DNA of 64,000 nucleotides from IMG/VR virus record IMGVR_UViG_3300007609_001486, positions 1 through 64,000 of that record, one strand, 5' to 3'. This DNA comes from a virus. The stretch's first letter is position 1. Each line of letters starts with the position of its first letter. Below the pieces are notes generated by a model that had not been told where the DNA came from, ran no database searches, and saw nothing but the letters and a program-made list of their open reading frames with translations. The position numbers were made by a program, and so were the translations under genes. Shown one piece after another: positions 56,963 through 64,000 of the stretch.

Positions 56963-57663
56963 ATATTCAATTTTACAAAGCTAATAAAAATAAAACCTTC
57001 AAATTAGAACAATTACCGGATGGAACTTATGAGTATCAAGCTATGTGGATTATGGAGCAAAGACACATTGGGTGGTTAGAACTGGAATGCAATCACCCAG
57101 TTGAAATCTACAATGAATTGGAATATTATCTTCATAGAGGACACGAAACACATGTTGGGTGGAGCAGTGTGTGTTTACATGGGCTTGGAGCTGATAAAAT
57201 AGCTACTGCTCCTACATATGGTTATAATGAGTTTACTGCTCCTTACACTTTTACAGATATTTCAACATATTTTCCTAAAACCGTTGAATATTGGAAAAAA
57301 TTTCCTGCAGAGCGGTTTACAAGAATACGATTTATGAAACTTGAAGCAGGGGGGAGCATTAGTGTACACAATGACAACTATGAAAATGTACCAGAAGATT
57401 TTAATCCTTTAGATGGTATACTGCCTATTAATGTTGCAATAGTTCATCCTGATAATTGCGATATGATTATAGAAGATTGCGGGTCAGTGCCTTTTACTTC
57501 TGGCAAAGTTTTTCTAATTAACGTAGCAAAAAATCACATGGTAGTAAATAACTCCAACAAAGATAGAATACACCTTATATCAAACATTATTTTAGGAAAT
57601 AAACGAAGTGAATTTTGTAAATTACTGGTAAGAAGTTATGAAAAATGTTATAACCTTCAATAA
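56950..57663 (+). CDS. Aspartyl/asparaginyl beta-hydroxylase-like 2OG-Fe(II) oxygenase
   Basis: RIRFMKLEAGG.I..HND...HMVVNNS..DRIHLI. Confidence 0.8.
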   Translation: MDDLDIQFYKANKNKTFKLEQLPDGTYEYQAMWIMEQRHIGWLELECNHPVEIYNELEYYLHRGHETHVGWSSVCLHGLGADKIATAPTYGYNEFTAPYTFTDISTYFPKTVEYWKKFPAERFTRIRFMKLEAGGSISVHNDNYENVPEDFNPLDGILPINVAIVHPDNCDMIIEDCGSVPFTSGKVFLINVAKNHMVVNNSNKDRIHLISNIILGNKRSEFCKLLVRSYEKCYNLQ

Positions 57664-59050
57664 AACATCCCAAGAAATAGTATTTTGTATTGTAGATAAC
57701 ACTGCAAAAATAAAACATGATTGGACCAGAGAAATTATTAAAAACTTATCTGATTTTGTCTTATCGAATATAATACAAAAAGGCTATACTGTATTACAGG
57801 GTGTTTCTGAGGAAGCATTGTTAAGAGAAAGTGCGTCAAAGTATAAACATGCTGTAGTTATATCCACCGGAACAGAGTTTTTAAATGGAGATAATTTTTT
57901 TAAAGCTATTGAAAAGGCAACTTTTCAAGATTATTTTATACAAGGTCATGTTGCTGATAGAAAGGATGGTTACTATGAACTACACGATCAATGTTATTTA
58001 ATTAATTTAAGTATCTATAAGAAGTTAGGTTATCCTTCAATTGGTAGCTTTTCTTATTACGATTCACATGAACAAATAGAACCACATAGAAGTGATGAAA
58101 ACATTCACGATGATTATACGCCAGTGTGGATAAAACCGGGCTCATCAAGGCGGAGATACGAGCATAAGTGGCATGGATGGAATATATTATCAATTGCATT
58201 AGATAATAATTTACCTGTAATAGTATTCAATGAAGATATAAGAAATAATAAAAAATTTTATTATCCTGATTATGAACCTTCATTTCAACTGGCTCATGAG
58301 TACTTGTATGGCAAGCAAATTATAAGTAGCCAGGCTTTCTTTTATCCTTTCAACACTGAACAATACAATACTTCGAATGTAGATTCTATAAATCAGTTAG
58401 TAACACAGGCAAGTGGCCTTAATTGGATCGATTACTTAATTAATAATAATTATTCTAAAGGAACAATTGTAAATTTTGTAGACAATAATACATTTGCATT
58501 AGAAACAATGAAATATATCACTGAATGGAACGGCGAAGATTATCCCCAAATGCTTGAAGACTACGTGCTATCTAGAAGTAGTTTTATGAAGGTATCAAAA
58601 AATAATAGATTAGCAAATATGGATGATCCTTTAACTACATGTTGGGAATATTTTCTAGAACAACATCCTAATTGGAAGGATACGTGGCAAGATATCAAAC
58701 ATAAGGTACAATTTAAATTCACTCATGCAGACTTAGTCCTTAATAAATCACTACCGATTGAACATTGGTTAGAGGAAAAAACAAACACACTTATTAATTT
58801 AAGTCATATTTTTAATTATGATCCAGTTGCTCCATTTATTCCTCTTCAATTGCGTGTAAATAATGAGAATAATCTTATAAAGAAGATTAGACAATATATG
58901 CCTGATGCAACTATTATATTTAGCGCAAGATCTGCAGAAGGTTTTTTTGATTCGTCACCTAACCATTATGTATGCCAAGCAAGTAAAATGCCTTTGGTTA
59001 CCATAAAGGATTTGACTTTCCCCACATGGCGTTATGGGGAGTGGTTATGA
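57638..59050 (+). CDS. Hypothetical protein (470 aa), possibly transferase-like
   Basis: Long ORF overlapping both neighbours; no diagnostic motif recognised. Confidence 0.55.
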   Translation: MKNVITFNKTSQEIVFCIVDNTAKIKHDWTREIIKNLSDFVLSNIIQKGYTVLQGVSEEALLRESASKYKHAVVISTGTEFLNGDNFFKAIEKATFQDYFIQGHVADRKDGYYELHDQCYLINLSIYKKLGYPSIGSFSYYDSHEQIEPHRSDENIHDDYTPVWIKPGSSRRRYEHKWHGWNILSIALDNNLPVIVFNEDIRNNKKFYYPDYEPSFQLAHEYLYGKQIISSQAFFYPFNTEQYNTSNVDSINQLVTQASGLNWIDYLINNNYSKGTIVNFVDNNTFALETMKYITEWNGEDYPQMLEDYVLSRSSFMKVSKNNRLANMDDPLTTCWEYFLEQHPNWKDTWQDIKHKVQFKFTHADLVLNKSLPIEHWLEEKTNTLINLSHIFNYDPVAPFIPLQLRVNNENNLIKKIRQYMPDATIIFSARSAEGFFDSSPNHYVCQASKMPLVTIKDLTFPTWRYGEWL

Positions 59051-59640
59051 AGATAGCAATTACGGGGCACACAAGCGGTATAGGTAAAGGTATATATACC
59101 TTTTATAGACGTAGAGCAGTTGAAGTGAAAGGATATAGTTTAGATAATGGCTATAATATTAATGAATACGAATCTATTCTTAAAGATAGTGCAGATTGTA
59201 ACATTTTTATAAACAATGCCTATAGTCATTATAAGCAAAGTGAGATAATTTCTACTTGGGGCGAAATGCATAAAAATTATAAACATTTAATTATTAGTAC
59301 AAGTAGTATAGCTGCAGAGCCGCTATTAGAAATAGAAAAAATATTTCCCCATCTCGTACCATACGGCGAAGAAAAATATGCTATTAATAAAGCAAGTTGG
59401 TTTTTAAATCACAGCGGCTCTAGATGTAAATCCAGCGTTATTATGCCAGGGGTAGTAGAAACTAATTTTTATAATCCCTACGACACAGAAGACGAAAACG
59501 GAATAGAATTATATAATCAAGTCATGAATACCAATAGTATAATCACTGTTGACGATTTAGTTAAGACTGTAGATTTTATTATTCAAAGTTGGAACGGAAG
59601 AAACTTTATAGCAAGTATGACGGTGTTAAATGCTTATTAA
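59047..59640 (+). CDS. Short-chain dehydrogenase/reductase
   Basis: KIAITGHTSGIG, FINNA, TSS, Y-x3-K (YAINK), PGVVET. Confidence 0.8.
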   Translation: MKIAITGHTSGIGKGIYTFYRRRAVEVKGYSLDNGYNINEYESILKDSADCNIFINNAYSHYKQSEIISTWGEMHKNYKHLIISTSSIAAEPLLEIEKIFPHLVPYGEEKYAINKASWFLNHSGSRCKSSVIMPGVVETNFYNPYDTEDENGIELYNQVMNTNSIITVDDLVKTVDFIIQSWNGRNFIASMTVLNAY

Positions 59641-60049
59641 AGATTGGATAGATAGAATTTCAAAACCGCAAGAATTACTAGGAGGATATTCAGTGTGTCC
59701 TTATTCTAGGCATGCGCAGTATGAAATAGTACAAGTATATGGGCGTAATATAGTTGTTCCAAATGCAGACTTTGACTTAATAATTTATATACTTTCGGAT
59801 AACTTTTCTCAAATACAAGTTGAAAGTATAGCAAAGGAGTATAATCTACTGTACAAGGAATTGGTTTTCTTACCAGATCCTAAAGATCGATATACAGAAA
59901 TCAATGGCGTAAAAACAAATAATGGTGAACAGAATCTAATACTTTGCCAACCAAGAGCTAAATTAAGAAAAGCAAGAGAAAATCTGTCTAAAACAGATTA
60001 TTATAGTTTCTGGAGTGAAGATTATCTTCGGGAGATCTTAGATACATGA
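59630..60049 (+). CDS. Hypothetical protein (139 aa) with N-terminal CPY motif
   Basis: WI...S.....LGG.SVCPY and C-terminal YYSFWS; in-operon overlaps. Confidence 0.55.
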   Translation: MLIKDWIDRISKPQELLGGYSVCPYSRHAQYEIVQVYGRNIVVPNADFDLIIYILSDNFSQIQVESIAKEYNLLYKELVFLPDPKDRYTEINGVKTNNGEQNLILCQPRAKLRKARENLSKTDYYSFWSEDYLREILDT

Positions 60050-61119
60050 CATGCTGGACAGAGTACGATCCGTTAAAGGAAATAATTGTAGGAGATTGTA
60101 ATCAGCCCGGCGATTTTGATTGGTTCCTTGACGAAAGAGTAAAATCAAAATTCAATCTAATACTAGAAGAAACAAAAGAAGATTTACAAAATCTTAGCGA
60201 GTATCTATCCGGTTTAGGTATTCGTGTGCATAGGCCTAAACCTACAAAGTTTGAAAGTCGAGTCAGTTTAGGAAGTTTTACAATCCCTAATCCTGCAAGT
60301 CCTATAGTTCCCAGGGATCAGTATTTGGCATACAATAATATTATCATACAAACTTATACAAGTATGGTAGATAGATATTTAGATAGTGCAACATATTACC
60401 ACATCTTTAAAGAACAATTTGATAAGGGCATTAATTGGATTAGTATGCCACCGCCTGTGTTAATAGATATAGGAGAAACAGAAAAGTGGTGGATAAAGGG
60501 CGAAGAAATTTATCATGATATATTAAAAGATAGATTGCTATGGCATACAGCAACCATGTATAAATTAGGTGATACATTGATTACAAACACAAAAGGTCCT
60601 GGTAATTATAACGGTTTAGAATGGATGACAAGGAATCTTCCTAATATTAAAATTATCGAAAATACACAAACGCATCAGCAAGGATATGGGCATATTGATC
60701 ACGGCTGGTTTATGACAGACGACGAAACAGTATTTTGTGTTGATAAAAGTTGGGTTCCATTAGTGCTCCTTGACAAAGAGATTATTGAGTTGCATAAATT
60801 TTTTGATCCTTTTGACGATCAAAAATTCTTTATGGATTACAATAGTACTGGCGGAAAATACAGTGTAGATTGGTTAGATAAATGGTTAAACGGCTGGAAG
60901 GGTTACGCACAGGAATGTTTTTTTGATACCAACGTTTTAGTCCTAGATAAGGAAAATATACTATTCACAAACGAACAACCTCGTATATTTAAATTAATGG
61001 AAAATAGAGGAATCAACTGTCACGTAGTTCCGCAAAGACACAGTTTCTTCTGGGAGGGCGGCGTTCATTGCTTAACTTTAGATTTGGTCAGGGATGGCAG
61101 TTGTAGATCGGTTATATGA
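60046..61119 (+). CDS. Amidinotransferase (glycine / inosamine-phosphate amidinotransferase family)
   Basis: EYDPLKEIIVG, PRD, HID and the catalytic GGVHCLTLD terminus of the pentein fold. Confidence 0.85.
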   Translation: MTCWTEYDPLKEIIVGDCNQPGDFDWFLDERVKSKFNLILEETKEDLQNLSEYLSGLGIRVHRPKPTKFESRVSLGSFTIPNPASPIVPRDQYLAYNNIIIQTYTSMVDRYLDSATYYHIFKEQFDKGINWISMPPPVLIDIGETEKWWIKGEEIYHDILKDRLLWHTATMYKLGDTLITNTKGPGNYNGLEWMTRNLPNIKIIENTQTHQQGYGHIDHGWFMTDDETVFCVDKSWVPLVLLDKEIIELHKFFDPFDDQKFFMDYNSTGGKYSVDWLDKWLNGWKGYAQECFFDTNVLVLDKENILFTNEQPRIFKLMENRGINCHVVPQRHSFFWEGGVHCLTLDLVRDGSCRSVI

Positions 61120-62322
61120 TGCTAGTGCACTTATAAGTCTCTTTGATAACTCTATAAAATAATCATCAGTTGCAGATAATGGGATAATTATCAAAAGTCC
61201 ATCCCCTGCTTCGTTAAACATACCGCTGCTCAATCCAAACTTTTTAAAATGACTTTCCAGGGTATCTTGATTTTCTAAGTAATTTTCATTTAACAGATTA
61301 AGATTAAATACCAGTCCGTGGTTGTTAAAGCCTTTTATAAGATTCTCTTGTTTTAGTTTTTCGAATAAAGAAACGGCTGAATTTTTTATCGCAGAATGAT
61401 TTTTTAGAATTTGTTCTTTTTCTAGAATATCCATATATTCTAAAACACTGTAGATGCCACTTAGGCTGAAACTATATGAGAATCCATGCAGTAACGGCAA
61501 ATTCATTATTGTTTGGTATATAATGTCATTTACAAGTGTTGCACTCAATGGATAAAAGCCACCTGTAAACCCTTTACCCATTGTGAATATATCAGGCTGT
61601 ATCAAAGTTTCCCCATGTTCGTTTTTCCATCCAAACATGTTTCCGGTTTTTCCTCCGCACATTGCAATATCGTCAACTATCAAAATCACATCGTTTTCAG
61701 TGCAGACACGTCTAAGTTTTTGCCAAAATTCCTGTGTCACAGGCTTCAGTCCATCCTGCCAGCTACAAGTCTCAATGACAACACATAGTGTGTTACTCCA
61801 GTCTCTGTCCAGGTCTGTTTCCTGTCTTCTCAAAGTAACACAATTACCTTCTCTGCCATATATATGATGCATGTCTCTGGTATCTGCAATACTGCTACTT
61901 AAGAATGTGCTACCGTGATAACTGTTTTCAAAACCTATTATCTCTTTCCTGTCTTGATTTTTTGCAACATTATATAGATGTGCAACTCTAATTGCACCCT
62001 CTATGGCATCACTGCCCGATAAGCTGAAAATACTACGATACCCGCCGCTTAAGTCAAACAGTTTAGATGCAAGTGTCTGAATGACTGAGTTAGAAGTTTT
62101 GAACTCGCCGCTACAAAAAGGTGTGTCTTTTATTTTTTCGCCTACCTTATCAACAATATCAGTTCTATCAAACCCTAGTGTAAAACACCCGCAGTTCCCC
62201 ATACTGAGATCAATAAAATTAACATTGTCCTCATAAAAACCAAAAGACCAGTATTTTTCTAAAAGTCTATATTCTTCTAGATTATCGTTTATTGCGTAAG
62301 GAAAAAGTGCTCGGGATATCAT
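61078..62322 (-). CDS. Class III PLP-dependent aminotransferase
   Basis: SGSDAIEGA, SYHGST, LIVDDIAMCGGKTG, PDIFTMGKGFTGG (PLP Lys), HGFSY. Confidence 0.9.
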   Translation of the reverse strand: MISRALFPYAINDNLEEYRLLEKYWSFGFYEDNVNFIDLSMGNCGCFTLGFDRTDIVDKVGEKIKDTPFCSGEFKTSNSVIQTLASKLFDLSGGYRSIFSLSGSDAIEGAIRVAHLYNVAKNQDRKEIIGFENSYHGSTFLSSSIADTRDMHHIYGREGNCVTLRRQETDLDRDWSNTLCVVIETCSWQDGLKPVTQEFWQKLRRVCTENDVILIVDDIAMCGGKTGNMFGWKNEHGETLIQPDIFTMGKGFTGGFYPLSATLVNDIIYQTIMNLPLLHGFSYSFSLSGIYSVLEYMDILEKEQILKNHSAIKNSAVSLFEKLKQENLIKGFNNHGLVFNLNLLNENYLENQDTLESHFKKFGLSSGMFNEAGDGLLIIIPLSATDDYFIELSKRLISALASYNRSTTAIPDQI

Positions 62323-62347
62323 AATTTTTTACTAATATACTTTTTGC

Positions 62348-62956
62348 TTATATTACACTTAAGGTTAAAGATATTCTTTTACTACCTGGATTTATATTTT
62401 CTACACTATGGATTTTATTTGCTGGTAATAAATGCCATCTGTCTAATGGCACTTTTATTTCTTCCTTCTTTGTAACTTTATCATAAGGAATAAACATTTG
62501 TGGGTGTATCCAGGTATTATCCTTGTAGTCATTTAATTCATAAAATATTAACGAAACATCTCCGCCTGTTTGTATCAGATAATTATAAGCCTTGGATCTT
62601 AATTCGTCTATGTGAGGAGGTATAATCGATCCTTCTTCCATTACTTGAATATTAATGGAATCGTATTTGATTGGAATATGTGTATTAACCCATTTACTTA
62701 TAGTGTCAGATACATCTATAAAACTATATTTTACTAGTCCGGGAAATCTTTCACGTGCTTCTTGTCCGCTGTACCCTAGTTTAGATTTGTTAATATTAGG
62801 ATCATATGCATTTTCTACTAAGTTTAGAATCTCCTCAGAAGAACTTATAAGAAGTGTGTCCAAACGAGTATTTTCGCTTTTAGCTACTACATCAAATATT
62901 TCTTGTTTTATTTCTTCAGGCATTAAGGGATATGCAGGATATTTTAAGTATGCCAT
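62348..62956 (-). CDS. 2OG-Fe(II) oxygenase-like protein
   Basis: IPPHID...IHSVEN....RISLTL. Confidence 0.65.
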   Translation of the reverse strand: MAYLKYPAYPLMPEEIKQEIFDVVAKSENTRLDTLLISSSEEILNLVENAYDPNINKSKLGYSGQEARERFPGLVKYSFIDVSDTISKWVNTHIPIKYDSINIQVMEEGSIIPPHIDELRSKAYNYLIQTGGDVSLIFYELNDYKDNTWIHPQMFIPYDKVTKKEEIKVPLDRWHLLPANKIHSVENINPGSKRISLTLSVI

Positions 62957-62964
62957 TATTTGTT

Positions 62965-63999
62965 TTATATACCTTCCTTGTTCGTCCGAAAATAACCATG
63001 CAGGACAGCATCTGTATTAGTCTTACAACTAGACATATTTCGAATCTGTATTTTTTTCCATGCCTCAAAATCTTTAATAATTTCCACTTCTCTTCCTGTG
63101 ATATGATTTTTTGCAACCTGTTTATTTATAAAGCCCAACCCTGCAAGAATCTGATTCCATGCATTATATCCTATACTATTTTCTTTGTTAGGAACATCAG
63201 ATGCTGTAAGTAAACGAGTCTTAGAAATGTCAATAATATTTTTAACGAAATCTGTAGCAATGTCAGATTTCTTTATGTAATCCCAAAACGGAGATCCTGA
63301 TTTTCCCCCTAAATAATGCAAAATTATAAAATCTTTGATTTCGTCATACATTTCTGTAATTTCTTCGTTATATTTTTTGAAGTCATTTGAACCTATATAA
63401 TCTACAAATTTTTGTATTTGAATTATTGTTGCATGTATGCTCGTGGCCTCTAACGGTTCAATAAAAGCACTAGCTAACCCTAATGCCAAACAATTTTTCC
63501 GCCAAGGCGCATCTAATCTTCCTGAATCAAACTTAATTTGTTTTATAGGGGTTATTTCGTGTCCTAATAAGGCTTCGATTTCATTTTGTGCTTCATTAAA
63601 GGTTATAAACTTGTCACAAAATACGTAGCCGCATCCGAACCTTTCTGCAGTTGGTATCTGCCACATCCAGCCCGCACTTAAGGCTTTTGAAATGGTCAAG
63701 GGTTTAGGCCAAACTGGCGGAACATAGTCTAAAACAAATGGCATAGCACTGTTCATAAGTAGGTGTCTGTTATAACTTACCCATTTTGCACCTAGGCTCT
63801 TCATTAAAGTTTGCGCAAATCCTGTGCAATCTATAAAGAAATCCCCAGGTATAGTCATATTATTAGATAACTTTAATGAGTCTATAGCGTTATTTTCATT
63901 ATGGATTATTTTTTCAACTGTTGCATCAATAACTGAACCGCCCATAGAGAGAACACGCTTTTTAAAAAATTTGCCAACTTTACTTCCGTCAAAATGAAA
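62965..63999 (-). CDS. Flavin-dependent halogenase (tryptophan 7-halogenase/PrnA family); 5'-truncated by the window edge
   Basis: The frame is open to the window end (FHFDG...). Contains FFIDCTGF, GWMWQIP (WxWxIP), GYVF and GLASAFIEPLEATSIH. Confidence 0.88.
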   Translation of the reverse strand, partial: FHFDGSKVGKFFKKRVLSMGGSVIDATVEKIIHNENNAIDSLKLSNNMTIPGDFFIDCTGFAQTLMKSLGAKWVSYNRHLLMNSAMPFVLDYVPPVWPKPLTISKALSAGWMWQIPTAERFGCGYVFCDKFITFNEAQNEIEALLGHEITPIKQIKFDSGRLDAPWRKNCLALGLASAFIEPLEATSIHATIIQIQKFVDYIGSNDFKKYNEEITEMYDEIKDFIILHYLGGKSGSPFWDYIKKSDIATDFVKNIIDISKTRLLTASDVPNKENSIGYNAWNQILAGLGFINKQVAKNHITGREVEIIKDFEAWKKIQIRNMSSCKTNTDAVLHGYFRTNKEGI

Positions 64000-64000
64000 A

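Noticed and set aside
61078-62322. bioA (biotin synthesis) assignment for the aminotransferase
   Set aside because: The class III motifs are generic and no other bio genes are present.
1-64000. Stop-codon reassignment, as seen in some jumbo phages
   Set aside because: Genes are full-length and tightly packed in the standard code, and TAA, TAG and TGA all end genes at sensible positions. The single split gene is a frameshift, not an in-frame stop.
1-64000. CRISPR array, tRNA/rRNA, IS/transposase, integrase, DGR reverse transcriptase
   Set aside because: Intergenic gaps are all about 60 bp or less, and I saw no spaced repeats or matching protein motifs. A covariance-model scan was not possible.
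31047-64000. Interpreting the enzyme array as a bacterial chromosomal cluster next to a prophage
   Set aside because: No integrase/att site or housekeeping genes are seen, gene packing is phage-like, and the same late-promoter box occurs in both modules. A chimeric assembly cannot be fully excluded without reads.

Overview
This window is a gene-dense piece of a large T4-like (Tevenvirinae-type baseplate) myophage, probably a jumbo phage, in the standard genetic code. It has two modules. (1) About 1-31000, all + strand, is a virion baseplate/tail module: a GH19-domain protein truncated at the window start, a gp5-like hub/spike with a C-terminal M15-type peptidase, gp25- and gp6-like wedge proteins, a 4692-aa structural protein, three paralogous tail-fibre-like proteins and two paralogous structural proteins. 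(2) About 31000-64000 is a visibly more AT-rich, roughly 33-kb array of tailoring enzymes that runs off the window. It holds 13 radical SAM genes in four sequence subfamilies (six with an N-terminal Twitch/SPASM-like Cys domain, one split by a frameshift in an A8 tract), three glycosyltransferase-like genes, a methyltransferase, an SGNH-like protein, a QueC-like PP-loop ATPase, two SDRs, six 2OG-Fe(II)/AspH-like oxygenases, an amidinotransferase, a class III aminotransferase and a flavin-dependent halogenase. T4-late-type TA(A/G)TA boxes occur before structural genes and also inside the enzyme array. Four of them sit exactly 5 nt before an SD-less ATG, suggesting leaderless late mRNAs. The best candidate for a new system is this phage-encoded radical-SAM/glycan-tailoring array, possibly decorating the virion. 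I saw no tRNA, rRNA, CRISPR array or mobile element. All functional calls come from motif recognition by eye, not database searches.
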